From: an uncultured Gemmatimonadaceae bacterium
GTDB taxonomy: Bacteria; Gemmatimonadota; Gemmatimonadetes; Gemmatimonadales; GWC2-71-9
Direction: 5' to 3'
Assembly (NCBI GenBank): GCA_964613905.1
Contig: CAZTIV010000008.1
Location: 548 to 60,193, forward strand
DNA: 59,646 nt
Below are positions 32,934 through 45,185 of the stretch, one piece after another; position 1 is the first letter of the stretch; every line of letters starts with the position of its first letter. A model generated the notes under the pieces. The model was not told the DNA's origin. It worked only from the letters and a program-made list of their open reading frames with translations, and did no database searches. The translations under genes and the position numbers were made by a program.

Positions 32934-34160
32934 TCAGTTCTGCGTGGGATTCATCACCCGCCCGATGAACAGGATCGTGCCGGACAGGCGTTCCGTGATG
33001 GCGAATACGAACGGACGGTCGATCGTGATGGATGGGGGCGCGCTCGTGGGCATCATTCCCACGGAAGTGGCGGCCGCGGCCTCGGTTCCTTCCTCGTTTA
33101 CCTCCACGAACGCCTTGTGCTTCACCTCGGAAATGAATAATTGAACCGGGCTCATGCGCGAGAAGTCGGCGTTGTTCTCGTCGAAAGCGATCTCCATGCC
33201 CAGAGCCCTGAGGGCATCGTTGAGTGTCACGTCAAACGAGAACGAAAACCTGGGCAGATAGACCTGGGCCTGACCCTCTCCGAGGGCAGAGATCCAGTCG
33301 CTCCAGGCACCGGTGCTCAACGTGTTCGCGACCATGGACAGGTCATCCGGATCGTCCGGGGCCGCAACCACCATCGAGAAGGCTTCGCGGGAATAGGGCA
33401 GCTCCAGCAGCTGTACTCCGTCACGGCGTCCCCCTTTCACCGTCAAGGGTCGACCGTGTGTCATCATGTCCACGCTCACCGTGCCGCCTCCCGCCAGGTG
33501 GAACGGCTGCTTGCTGGTACGGCTCTTGTCGAACTGGTCGGTCCAGGCGCCCTTGAAGTAGATGGCGTTGATCAGGTACATCACCAGATCCTGGGGAATC
33601 TCTTCGGGCACGATGCTTGGTATCCGCCCCCGGGTCCGCTGGTTGACCCAGTCGTTGATCGTTGCGGACGCCGCGGGACTGCTGAAGTCCAGTTCCTGGG
33701 TTCTGGCGTCGAAGTATTGCTGATTGACGTTCATGAAATCAGCGTAGAACGGGAATCCGGCGCGCGACCAGATGGAGTTGGCGATCTCGAACTCGACCTG
33801 TCTATCCAGGCCGCGCAGAAGGTCGATCAGGCTCCTGAACGACTGGTTTATCTCATCCCTGGTGAGTCCCGCCAGGTCGAGCGCCGCCCTCATCGCATCT
33901 TCAGTCTCTCCCGCCGCGCCATTCAGCGTCATGCCCAGCGCCATGGCTACGCTCAGCGGAGAGATGAAGACGTTGCTATCCGCGTCGGATGCGGCGGAGA
34001 CTTCCCGGAACAGTTTGAAGGTGAACGAGTTGCCCGTCTGAATGAGTTCGAGTTCGGCCGCGGTCAGGGCGCGCGGCAGTTCCGTGAGCGGGCCTGTGGG
34101 CTCGGTGTCGCCGCACGACAGGACGGAGGCGGTGCATAGAACGGCGGTCAGTTTACGCAT
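32934..34160 (-). CDS. Serpin (serine protease inhibitor), lipoprotein
   Basis: Lipobox-like VLSC, NVFISPLS, LINAIYFKGAW, hinge EEGTEAAAATS, DRPFVFAI, ILFIGRVMNP. Confidence 0.95.
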   Translation of the reverse strand: MRKLTAVLCTASVLSCGDTEPTGPLTELPRALTAAELELIQTGNSFTFKLFREVSAASDADSNVFISPLSVAMALGMTLNGAAGETEDAMRAALDLAGLTRDEINQSFRSLIDLLRGLDRQVEFEIANSIWSRAGFPFYADFMNVNQQYFDARTQELDFSSPAASATINDWVNQRTRGRIPSIVPEEIPQDLVMYLINAIYFKGAWTDQFDKSRTSKQPFHLAGGGTVSVDMMTHGRPLTVKGGRRDGVQLLELPYSREAFSMVVAAPDDPDDLSMVANTLSTGAWSDWISALGEGQAQVYLPRFSFSFDVTLNDALRALGMEIAFDENNADFSRMSPVQLFISEVKHKAFVEVNEEGTEAAAATSVGMMPTSAPPSITIDRPFVFAITERLSGTILFIGRVMNPTQN

Positions 34161-34245
34161 CGTTGGTACCTCGGACAGAACCTGGTTTCAGCTTATACCA
34201 CCGATCGCCCTGAAAAGAGCCCGATCCGCGGGTCGCGGGGCCTCC

Positions 34246-35436
34246 TCACTCCTGGATGGCATCCCAGTCCACGCGCCCGATGATCCAGTCGCTCAGGAAC
34301 TCGACTTCGGTGCCGGACACGGCACGCGCCAGCCTGATTCCGCGGGCGGCGTGACGGTTGTTGCCCTCCCAGGCTATTGGAGGACCGGCGGCCTGATAGC
34401 CCTCCATGTCCTCCAGCGCTTCGATCAGCCGCGCGCGCGTGGGGTTGGGGCCTGCCCGCCGCATGGCTTCGACGAACATGTCCGCCACCTGCATCCCGCC
34501 GAACAGGAACATTCCCGCACGCTCGTCTGATGCGTAGCGCTGGTGTGCCTCGCGGAATCGGACAAGTGTCTCGTTCTCGGTGAAGATGTCCACGCTCATG
34601 GCGAATACGGCACCACGCCAGAGTCCCGCGGTGAGCTGGTCCATCAGCTCCACGTCCTGGAGAGTGGTCGAGGCAAGCCACTGTGGTCGGAATCCGATGC
34701 GCGCCGCTTCCTGCACCAGAATCGATGCGTGCCGCGGAGTCATGACCAGCAGCACCGCATCCGCTCCGGACTGACGGAGGCGCAGCGCCTGGGCGCTCAG
34801 GTCGGTGTCCATCAGCTCTATCGACGCGTTACCGGCGAGCGTGAGCCCGTGCCGCGCCACCGTCATCTGCGCGCCGAGCAGCCCACCCTGACCGAAATCG
34901 TCGTTCTGGTAGGCGACCGCGATACGCCGCCTGTTGAACTGCTCGATTGCGTGATCTACCAGCGCCGCTGCCTCTTCGACGTAGAGTGGAAGGGCGCCGA
35001 AGATGAGGGGGTCTTCGGGGATCGTGAACTGGTGGGCGCCGGAGAGTATCCCTACGAGGGGGACGCCATGCTGTGTCAGGTAGCCGCGTACCGCGCTCAA
35101 GGGTGCTGTGCCGAGGCCGCCGATCACGGCAAATACCCGATCCCGTTCCACCAGTTCCCGGGCTGCGGATACGGTGCGTGCCGGCTGATACTGGTCATCC
35201 TTGACCACGAGCCGGATCCGGCGGCCGTGTACGCCGCCTTCGTCGTTCACCAGTCGAACATAGGCTTCCATCCCGCGCATGACCGCGCCCCACGCGGCGG
35301 CGGGCCCGGTCTGGGGTCCGAACGTACCGATCACCACTGTAGTGTCGGTAATCCCCACTTCCTCGCGGGCCGCATCGCCGCCGCAGGAGGCGAGCAGCAA
35401 TACGAATCCCGCACCACCAATCGTCAATCCCCTCAT
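34246..35436 (-). CDS. Liv-type ABC transporter substrate-binding lipoprotein
   Basis: Lipobox LASC, GPQTGPAA, GGVHGRRI, DDQYQP, YQNDDFG. Confidence 0.9.
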   Translation of the reverse strand: MRGLTIGGAGFVLLLASCGGDAAREEVGITDTTVVIGTFGPQTGPAAAWGAVMRGMEAYVRLVNDEGGVHGRRIRLVVKDDQYQPARTVSAARELVERDRVFAVIGGLGTAPLSAVRGYLTQHGVPLVGILSGAHQFTIPEDPLIFGALPLYVEEAAALVDHAIEQFNRRRIAVAYQNDDFGQGGLLGAQMTVARHGLTLAGNASIELMDTDLSAQALRLRQSGADAVLLVMTPRHASILVQEAARIGFRPQWLASTTLQDVELMDQLTAGLWRGAVFAMSVDIFTENETLVRFREAHQRYASDERAGMFLFGGMQVADMFVEAMRRAGPNPTRARLIEALEDMEGYQAAGPPIAWEGNNRHAARGIRLARAVSGTEVEFLSDWIIGRVDWDAIQE

Positions 35437-37261
35437 GCTGACTCCTTTTCCTTCTTCGCCTGGTACATGGACTCTATGAGCTCCGCATACAACCTGTTCA
35501 CGGCCGCCCGCTTGACCTTCATCGTAGGCGTGACCTCTCCGTCTTCCTGATACAGGCGCTTGGGCAGGATTCGGAAGGCGCGTACCTGCTCCACCCGCGC
35601 GAGCTGACGGTTCACCGCGTCAACCTCGCGCTGGACCAGCGTCTGTACCGCATCGCTTTCGGCCAGTTCGGCATACGTGGCATACGGCACCCGGTGGTCC
35701 CTCGCATGGCGGGCTACGTTGTCTTCATCAAGTACGATCAGCGCGCTCACGAAGGGGCGGCGGTCGCCGATGACCACCGCATCCGTAATGTAGGGGCTGA
35801 ACTTGAGTTTGTTCTCGATATACTGAGGAGCGATGTTCTTGCCGCCCCCCGTGATGATGAGATCCTTCTTGCGATCCACAATCCGGATGTAACCGTCGTC
35901 GCTCAACTCTCCCACGTCGCCTGTGTGGAGCCACCCCTCGGCGTCAATCGCCGCCGCAGTGGCTTCGGGGTCACGGTAATAACCGGTGAAGATGTTGGGT
36001 CCGCGAACCAGTATCTCTCCTTCTTCGCCAATCCGGGCTTCCATGCCGTCGAGCACGCGTCCCACCCAGCCGGGCCGCACGCGGCCCGGCGGGCTCGTAG
36101 AGATGACACACGCCGTCTCTGTCATGCCGTATCCCTCTCCCAACGGTACGCCGATCGCATGGTAGAAGCGCAGCACCTCGGGGGCGATGGGTGCGGCCCC
36201 CGTGGCGGCGTACCGCGCACGGTGCAGTCCCAGGCGTTTCTTGAGCGGCCTCAGCACGGCAAAATGCACCGCGGAATACGCCACTCTCAGCGAGAAGGGA
36301 ACGGGCTCGCGGGCAAGCATCCGCTCGGCACGAGCTGTTCCCGTCCACAGCGCAAGACGGGCACTCTGTCGCTTGAACCAGGTGGCGTCGTCCAGCCTGA
36401 GGCGGACCATAGCCGCCAGCTTCTCCCACATCCGCGGCACACCATGCGCAAACGTGGGCGCCACCTCGCGCAGATTCTCGGCCACCGTATCCGGCCGCTC
36501 AACGAAGTTCACCACACACCCCACACGAAGCGGCAGCCAGACGGATACCATCCGCTCGTAAACATGACACAGCGGAAGGAACGAGAGCAGCTCGTCCGTG
36601 TGTGACGGCCGCGCGACAGGGTCCGCCTCCGCGAAGGCGCGCGAGGCCCAGGCCACGTTCGCATGCGTGAGACAGGCACCCTTGGGGTCACCCGTGGTAC
36701 CGGACGTGTAGATTATGAGAGCGGTATCGTCTGACTTGATGCCGGTGCCGAGCTCCGCGAGCGTCTTCGCCGTTGGCTCCCGGCCGGCGGCTGCACCGCG
36801 CTCGATCAGTTCATCGAAGCTCAGGACAGCCGGATCGCGGAAGTCGCGCAATCCCTTCATGTCCCACACGACCACGCGCTCAAGGCCGGGAGACTCGTCG
36901 CGGAACCGCAGCCATTTGTCGAGCTGTTCTTCCCCCTCCAGCACCAGAAAGCGCGCTTCAGAGTGCGTTAGCACGTACCGGCACTGCTCCCATGAGCTCG
37001 TAGTGTAGATCCCGACGCTCACGCCGCCGGCGCACTGAGTCGCGAGATCAGCTACCACCCATTCCGGCGCGTTTTCCCCGATGATGGCAACACGGTCCCC
37101 CCGCTTGAGACCGATCGAGACGAGCCCGAGGGCGGCACGACAGACCCGTTCACGGTACTCGGCCCATTTGATTTCTCGCCAGGCGCCGAGCCGCTTCTGG
37201 CGCAGTGCCACACGGTCGGCGTGACGTTCGGCCGTATCGAGAAAGAGCAATGGAATCGTGT

Positions 37262-37271
<10 letters not shown>
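35433..37271 (-). CDS. Long-chain acyl-CoA synthetase (AMP-binding)
   Basis: YTSGTTGDPKG, FLPLCH, GYGMTE, WLHTGDVG, DRKKD, TPTMKVKR. Confidence 0.93.
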
Positions 37272-38818
<1,547 letters not shown>

Positions 38819-38819
<1 letters not shown>

Positions 38820-39691
38820 CAGACGCGCCTTACGTAGTGTCGACCGAGCAGTCCGGCGGGCCGGAACCAGAGGACGAGCACGATCACGACGAAGGGAACG
38901 ACCGCCCGGAACTCGAGCGAGATGTAGCCGCCGAAGAGACTCTCGATGAGTCCCACAAGGTAGCCGCCCAGTGCGGCGCCGGGGAGGCTGGTGAATCCGC
39001 CCAGCACGGCAGCTGCGAAGCCCTTGATGAGCGCATCCCACATGAGCGTGGGCTCGAGTGATGCCACCGGTGCAATGAAGAGTGACGCCACCGCTCCAAC
39101 CATGCCGGCAATGCCGAAGCTCACCGCGCGCATGCGGCGTGTGGAGATTCCGTTGGTCCGGGCTGCGATCTCGTCCTGTTGGGTGGCGCGTATGGCAAGA
39201 CCGGTGCGGGTGAACTGGAAGAAGGCCCAGAGGAGAAGCATGACCCCGAGTGCCGTGCCGATCGCCGCCATGTTCAGGTGGCTCATGACGACCGGTCCGA
39301 ACTCCACGGTGTCACCGTGCGAGACCGGGGATGGGAAGCGCCGTCCTTCAGCTCCCCAGCGCCATCCAGCGGCGCCGAACAGAACCAGCTGGCAACCCAG
39401 CGTGAGGATGATGAGGTTCAGTGCCGAGGGCTGTTTCGCCCGCCTGATCAGCAGCACCTCGAGTGCCACACCTGCCAGGAAGGCGGCGAACAGCACGCTG
39501 ACGAGAGTGGGCAGATACATGCCGCCTGCAGGAAGGCTGACGGCCAGTCCGAGGAACAGTGCCATGGTGGCGATCTCGCCCTGAGCAAAGTTGGCGATCT
39601 GCGACGCCTTGTAGACGGCCACGAGCGCCAGAGCGATCAGTGCGTATACGCTGCCGACTGCGATGCCGTTGGCCAGAAGCTGGGCTAGCAT
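38819..39691 (-). CDS. LivH-type ABC permease
   Basis: NGIAVGSVYALIA, NFAQGE, TRTGLAIRA, FAAAVLGG. Confidence 0.92.
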
Positions 39692-39695
39692 GTCG

Positions 39696-40739
39696 TCAGA
39701 ACGGCCACGTCTGCCAGTATCGCCGCGTGCGCAGCCACATGCCGTAGAGGCCGCGGGGTTCGTAGAGCACTATGGCTATGAGCACGAGGCCGGTGAGAAC
39801 CCAGCTGGCGTTGGCCGCGTGCGCGACGGAGAAGACACGCTCTGACAGCAGGCGGACGGCACCGCCGATCATCGGCGCTTCGGCGATTGTGTGAGCATAA
39901 AGGCCCAACGCGGCTACCAGGATGCCCCCCATTACGGAGCCGGCCACCGATCCCAGGCCGCCCACCGTGGCGCCTGCAAGCAGCAATACGGAGAGCAGAA
40001 AGGTGAACTGTTCCGGGTTTATGTAGCCGAGTATCGCTGCGAGCAGGCCGCCGGCGAGCCCCCCGTAGAAGGCCCCCACCGCAAAACTGAGCGTGCGATA
40101 CCAGGTGAGATTCACACCCAGTGCGGCGGCGGCGACGTCGCTGTCGCGGATGGCCTGGAAGGCGCGTCCCACGCGGGTTCGCAGGATGTTGGCGGCCGCG
40201 ATAGTCACGATGACTGCCACCGGTACCACGAATGCATACACGGCGCGGTCACCGACCAGGTTCAATGGTCCGACTGCGGGAGTGGGGACGTGCAGGCCCA
40301 TGCGGCCGCCGAAGAACTCGCCACGCGCGATGATCTGGGTGACGGCCAGACCGAATCCCAGGGTTACCACAGCGAGATACGGCCCTTCCAGTCTCAGCGC
40401 GGGGAATCCCAGGACAAAGCCAAGGGCCGCGGCCATGAACGCGGCCACCAGCAGGGCAACCGGGAACGGCATCCCGGTGTGCATGGTCAGGAGAACCGTG
40501 CCGTAGGCGCCGATCGCCACAAAGCCGCCCTGGCCCAGCGAAATCTGGCCGGTGTAACCGGTGACGATATTGAGCCCCAGTACGGCGATCACGTTCACGG
40601 CGGCGAAGCTCGCGGCGTAGACCAGGTAACCGGGCAGGAGAAACGGCAAGGCAGCCAGCAGCGCGACGAGGACAAGGAACCAGAACCACTCCACGCGGGA
40701 GCGCAGCAGCTGTACGTCCTCGTAGTAATCGCGCCGCAT
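39696..40739 (-). CDS. LivM-type ABC permease
   Basis: GYTGQISLG, LRLEGPYLAVVTL, GRAFQAIRD, VGGLGS, EPRGL. Start ATG 40739 or GTG 40745. Confidence 0.92.
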   Translation of the reverse strand: MRRDYYEDVQLLRSRVEWFWFLVLVALLAALPFLLPGYLVYAASFAAVNVIAVLGLNIVTGYTGQISLGQGGFVAIGAYGTVLLTMHTGMPFPVALLVAAFMAAALGFVLGFPALRLEGPYLAVVTLGFGLAVTQIIARGEFFGGRMGLHVPTPAVGPLNLVGDRAVYAFVVPVAVIVTIAAANILRTRVGRAFQAIRDSDVAAAALGVNLTWYRTLSFAVGAFYGGLAGGLLAAILGYINPEQFTFLLSVLLLAGATVGGLGSVAGSVMGGILVAALGLYAHTIAEAPMIGGAVRLLSERVFSVAHAANASWVLTGLVLIAIVLYEPRGLYGMWLRTRRYWQTWPF

Positions 40740-40858
40740 TCGCACGTGTGCATTCCGGTCGCAGGAGGGTGGGTCAATAGATAGCGCTGGGGGGGATTGC
40801 GGGCAAACACCGGGGTACGCTGGCGGCGATCGGTCCGTTCGAAGATCTTCCTGCTGCC

Positions 40859-42001
40859 ATGACAACCGCAGCCGGACCCTGCCCCGAATGCGGGCACGCC
40901 TTGACCTCCGATGACCGGTTCTGCTCCCGGTGCGGTGCAGCCACACCTGCAAACACCGATCCCGATGCCACGATTATTGTAGCGCGCAGAGACTCCACGC
41001 CGCGAGCCTCTGGCCAGCCATCGCCCCGGCTCTCCGCTGCGGGTACCACGTTCACGTCCCGTTTGCGGGATGTGCTCGAGGACGAGTACGAAATCATGTC
41101 CCTTCTGGGCCAGGGCGGCTTTGCGCGCGTGTACAAGGCGCGTGACCTGAGACTCGACCGCACAGTGGCAATCAAGGTCGTCCGTCCCGACGTGGCGGAT
41201 GCAGGCCGGTTCGCAGAGACCTTCCGCACCGAAGGGATCGCCCTGGCTCAACTCCGGCACCCCGGGATCATCCCTATCTATGACCTTCGGGAACGCGAAG
41301 GGCTGATCTACTACGTGATGCCGTTCATCTCGGGGACCACACTGGAAGCGAGGCTCAAGCGTGGGCGCCTGCCGCCATTCGAGGCCCGGCGCATACTCAG
41401 CGAACTGGCGGATGCGCTCTCGGCAACGCACCGAGCCAACATGATACATCTCGACATCAAGCCGGCCAACATCTTTCTGGAGGGAAGCCACCAGAAGGTA
41501 CTGCTGACGGATTTCGGGGCGGCGAAGGCCGTGCCGAAAGAGGTCCCGGACGCCTCGGATGAAATGGTAGTGGGGACGCCGACGTACATGTCACCGGAGC
41601 AGGCGCGCGGGCTGCCGGAGATCGACCATCGGTCGGACATCTACTCGCTCGGCGTTCTGGGCTACCACATGCTCATGGGAAGGCCGCCGTTCACCGGGCG
41701 GAACGCGCGTGAGGTGCTCGAGAAGCACGTAAGCAAAGCACCGGTACCAATCCGCGACATCCATCCGACGATCCCGAAGGAACTCGCAGACTCGGTGATG
41801 CGCTGTCTGGCAAAGGATCCGTGGGAGAGATTCTCGACCACTGCGGAACTGACTGAAGCGCTCGACAAGGTGACCTTCTTCAGCGGGAAGCGCGAAACCG
41901 CACCGCAGGAAGTCCCGGCAGCGATGGAGCCGAAGATTGTGGCGGCGGTGGCGGGAATGGCACTGCTTGTGGGACTTCTCGTGGGACTCGCGATCGGATA
42001 G
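40859..42001 (+). CDS. Hanks-type Ser/Thr protein kinase with N-terminal zinc ribbon and C-terminal TM anchor
   Basis: CPECG...FCSRCG, LGQGGFARVY, VAIK, HLDIKPAN, DFG, GTPTYMSPEQ, DIYSLG, hydrophobic C-terminus. Confidence 0.95.
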   Translation: MTTAAGPCPECGHALTSDDRFCSRCGAATPANTDPDATIIVARRDSTPRASGQPSPRLSAAGTTFTSRLRDVLEDEYEIMSLLGQGGFARVYKARDLRLDRTVAIKVVRPDVADAGRFAETFRTEGIALAQLRHPGIIPIYDLREREGLIYYVMPFISGTTLEARLKRGRLPPFEARRILSELADALSATHRANMIHLDIKPANIFLEGSHQKVLLTDFGAAKAVPKEVPDASDEMVVGTPTYMSPEQARGLPEIDHRSDIYSLGVLGYHMLMGRPPFTGRNAREVLEKHVSKAPVPIRDIHPTIPKELADSVMRCLAKDPWERFSTTAELTEALDKVTFFSGKRETAPQEVPAAMEPKIVAAVAGMALLVGLLVGLAIG

Positions 42002-42004
42002 AGG

Positions 42005-43006
42005 CTACCCGGCCAGCATCCGGTAATACCCTCGTACGAGCGGGTTTGCCGGTGCCACCAGGTGTGCTACCCCAACCGTCCGGTACACCTGCGCGCGCGT
42101 GATCTTCACCTTGTGCGAAGGATCCAACAGGCGTGGGTCCCGCTCTGCCAGTCTCAGCGTACGCACCGCGAAGTAGAGCGACGTGAGACAGAAGATCCGG
42201 ATCCGGTACGCCGAGGTTGGCAGCGTGGTGCAGTACCTGAGGGCATCGTGCAGGTGTTCCCGGGCCTTTGCAATGAGCCGATTCATGGCGGCGCGCGCCG
42301 CCTCCCGGCGGGCCGGGTCGTGAAGGTCTCCCGGCCGCAGGCCCTGTTCCGCCAGCACTGAACTCGGCACGAAACTGCGCCCACGACGGCGGTCGTCCGC
42401 AACGTCCTTGATGATGTTGGTAAGCTGGAGACCCAGACCGAAGCTGGTGGCCAGCGCGTCAAGTTGGCGGTGCCGCTCGGATGTGACACCACGGTTGTGC
42501 ACGCGGAACAGATCGGTGAGCAGGTGCCCTACGGTGCCGGCCACGAAATAGCAGTAACGCTCGAGCTCCTCCAGGGTACCCAGCTCTGCCGCTCGCGCCC
42601 CGGCGAACTCCGCCATCCCGCCTGCCATCTCACGTACCCACGGACCTATGGCCTCGCGCTCCGGCGAGGAGAGTTCATGAAACTGCCGCAGTACCCGGTC
42701 CGAGCGGGCTGCCAACTCCTCTTCAGCGGAGGCGCCGTTTCTGAACGGCTCCTGTATCGCATCGACCGGTGCGTCCGGGTTGTCGAGACAGGCGCGAAAC
42801 GCTTTCAGCAGACGCACCTTGTCGTCCACCTGAAGTGCGATGCTGTCCTCGATCGTGTCCGCAATCCGGCAGAGGAGGTACGCGGTCCGGACGGCGTGCT
42901 CGAGTTCAGAAGGAAGGAGACGGATACCGAGCGCGAAGGTGCGAGACACTCTGGGCAACATGGCCCGCGCGAAGGAGCGATCCGAACCCGGGTCCGGTCG
43001 AGTCAT
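42005..43006 (-). CDS. Squalene/phytoene synthase family (squalene-synthase-like)
   Basis: VSRTFALGI, CRIADTIED, YCYFVAGTVG, FGLGLQLTNIIKD, KVKITR. Confidence 0.88.
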   Translation of the reverse strand: MTRPDPGSDRSFARAMLPRVSRTFALGIRLLPSELEHAVRTAYLLCRIADTIEDSIALQVDDKVRLLKAFRACLDNPDAPVDAIQEPFRNGASAEEELAARSDRVLRQFHELSSPEREAIGPWVREMAGGMAEFAGARAAELGTLEELERYCYFVAGTVGHLLTDLFRVHNRGVTSERHRQLDALATSFGLGLQLTNIIKDVADDRRRGRSFVPSSVLAEQGLRPGDLHDPARREAARAAMNRLIAKAREHLHDALRYCTTLPTSAYRIRIFCLTSLYFAVRTLRLAERDPRLLDPSHKVKITRAQVYRTVGVAHLVAPANPLVRGYYRMLAG

Positions 43007-43458
43007 CGACCGAACCGTTCCCTGAGCGCCACCATGATGGCGTCCAGTTTTGTGCGCGCCGGGTGCCCGGTTGCGGCCATTACTTCGCGTTCCCGTTCCG
43101 GTACGGATGGATCAAGCGACTTGAGATATACGGCCTCCCCCCGCACTTCGGTCCGTATGGTACCCACAGGGTCCACATAGAACCTGAGCCGTCCCCGAAC
43201 CATGCGGCCGCCCCCCCCAACAAAGTCATGCCAGCGGGTCTCGAGAAACCCTTCGGCCGGGCTGACCCGCTGGATCAGGATCGAGTCGTCGCGAACCATC
43301 TGCGCCAGGTGCTCCACCAGCGTTGGCGCCTGTCCGATGAGAGTATCGACAACGGCGCCGGGCAACGGGACGTAATGGGGACGGACGGAGATGGCGGTGC
43401 ACGCGCCGGCCGTAATGGCAAGACCGAGGAGAACCGCCCTGCCTCCATCAAAGCCCAA
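43003..43458 (-). CDS. Hypothetical lipoprotein
   Basis: In-frame TTG 43458 gives MGFDGGRAVLLGLAITAGAC (lipobox-like). Coupled to both neighbours. Confidence 0.6.
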   Translation of the reverse strand: MGFDGGRAVLLGLAITAGACTAISVRPHYVPLPGAVVDTLIGQAPTLVEHLAQMVRDDSILIQRVSPAEGFLETRWHDFVGGGGRMVRGRLRFYVDPVGTIRTEVRGEAVYLKSLDPSVPEREREVMAATGHPARTKLDAIMVALRERFGR

Positions 43459-44335
43459 GATTCGAAACCGCCGGGGGCGTAGCCGAATAGTCGTAGAACC
43501 CCTTGCCTGATTTCTTTCCGTACATGCCCGCCAGCACCATCCGCTTGAGCAACGGCGGCGGTGCGTACCTCTGCTCGCGGTACTCCTCGAACATGATCTC
43601 GGCAATCTTGTACGTCGTATCCAGGCCTACGAAATCGAGCAGTGTAAGAGGTCCCATGGGGTGACCGCAGCCCAGCACCATACCCTTGTCGATATCCGTC
43701 ACCGATCCCACGCCGCGCTCGAGCGCCCGGATGGCGTCAAGCAGATACGGCACGAGCAGGAGGTTGACGATGAACCCCGACGAATCCTTGGCCGCAATCG
43801 GTTCCTTGCTGAGGGACGACGCGAACGCCATGGCACGATCGAACGTGTCGGCGCTGGTGGTTACCGTCTTCACTACCTCTACCAGCTTCATCAACGGCAC
43901 TGGATTGAAGAAATGCAGCCCGACGAACCGGTCGGCTCGCTTCGTGGCCGCGGCCATGGCCGCGATGGTCAGGCTCGACGTGTTGGATGCAAAGATCGTG
44001 TCCTTCCCGCAGAGACCGTCCAGTTCCTTCCAGAGCGCGTTCTTCACATCGAGGTCTTCCGTAACCGCCTCGATCACGATGTCGCAACTCTTGAGCGCCT
44101 TCACGTCGGTCGTGAATGACAGCCTGCCAAGCGTGGCATCACGGTCGGCCTGCTCGAGCTTCTTCTTCTCCACCATCTTGTCGAGCGATTTGGTGATCCG
44201 CCCTCTTCCCTGCTCGTTGAGCGCGTCCGATACCTCGCGCACCGTAGTCTTGTATCCCGCCTGTGCCGCCACCTGCGCTATTCCGCTGCCCATGAGGCCG
44301 CAGCCCAGAACTCCGACGTGCCTGATCTCTGCCAT
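43448..44335 (-). CDS. hbd: 3-hydroxybutyryl-CoA / 3-hydroxyacyl-CoA dehydrogenase
   Basis: GCGLMGSGIA, IEAVTE, ASNTSSL, GLHFFNP, GFIVN, HPMGP, GKKSGKGFY. Confidence 0.93.
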   Translation of the reverse strand: MAEIRHVGVLGCGLMGSGIAQVAAQAGYKTTVREVSDALNEQGRGRITKSLDKMVEKKKLEQADRDATLGRLSFTTDVKALKSCDIVIEAVTEDLDVKNALWKELDGLCGKDTIFASNTSSLTIAAMAAATKRADRFVGLHFFNPVPLMKLVEVVKTVTTSADTFDRAMAFASSLSKEPIAAKDSSGFIVNLLLVPYLLDAIRALERGVGSVTDIDKGMVLGCGHPMGPLTLLDFVGLDTTYKIAEIMFEEYREQRYAPPPLLKRMVLAGMYGKKSGKGFYDYSATPPAVSNLGL

Positions 44336-44345
44336 ATTCTCCTCT

Positions 44346-45176
44346 TTATGCTCCCAGTTGTTTCCTCAATTCATCCGCAATTCGACCGAACGCGCTCGGC
44401 CGCGGTCCCGGTACCTGCCTCGGCACCTGAATCTCGCCATGCTCCAGACGGTCCAGCACCTGTTCCAGCGCAACCTGCGCACGCTCTACCTCGCGCAGGC
44501 GGGACCGACCAATGCTGAACGCCACTGCCGCCGCAATGGGCACGGGCGCCGCCGCCACCAGCAGCGTGACACCCAGCAGGAGGGCGAGCCCGCTCGCCGC
44601 TCCGCCCATGACCGCCATGGTGGTGGCGCCGTTGACCCGTTCTCGCTGCGAATTGGAGAGGTCCGCGATCAACTGCACGTGACAACGGCCGGCCTCCAGG
44701 GCCGTGATGCGACCGTCCACCTCCCGCGAGCGCGAAAGGTGGTAATCACGTCCTCCGGCGCGGAACGAACGCTTGAGCGACGCAAAAGCTCCACTCTTCG
44801 GCTCCCAGGTCGTGCGGTCAGGGTAACGGCGCTTGACCACCAGCAACTCGCCTTCCGACATCCAGTAGTGCAGAGCGTCTTCCACCTGAGCGGCTTCGCG
44901 GGGCAGCGTTCGGCCGGCGGCCACCCGCGACGGCCCGGCAAGCCACGCTCGGAAACCGGTTTCCGCAGTGAGCGCCGAACGAGTGCGTTCCTCAAGCAAC
45001 GCCTGACGGAGGTACGCAGCCGGAATCCCCACATCGTCACCGAGTTGCATCAACTCGGTATCGGTGAGCCCTTCTCCGATCTCCCGCTCACCCGCCTGAA
45101 GCTCCGCCGCCCGATGAATGATCCGTTCGAGCGCCTCGCGGTCTATCCGCGATCCGGTGGGGACGAGATCAGCCAT
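44346..45176 (-). CDS. Hypothetical membrane protein
   Basis: 276 aa in the operon. N-terminal ALERIIHRAAELQ helix and a two-TM hairpin near the C-terminus. Confidence 0.75.
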   Translation of the reverse strand: MADLVPTGSRIDREALERIIHRAAELQAGEREIGEGLTDTELMQLGDDVGIPAAYLRQALLEERTRSALTAETGFRAWLAGPSRVAAGRTLPREAAQVEDALHYWMSEGELLVVKRRYPDRTTWEPKSGAFASLKRSFRAGGRDYHLSRSREVDGRITALEAGRCHVQLIADLSNSQRERVNGATTMAVMGGAASGLALLLGVTLLVAAAPVPIAAAVAFSIGRSRLREVERAQVALEQVLDRLEHGEIQVPRQVPGPRPSAFGRIADELRKQLGA

Positions 45177-45185
45177 TGCTGAAGA

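Noticed and set aside
43686-45182. 498-aa plus-strand ORF and similar long antisense ORFs (4082..5425, 29320..30612, 51554..53080, 56735..57907)
   Set aside because: Each lies opposite a well-supported gene and has no family motifs.
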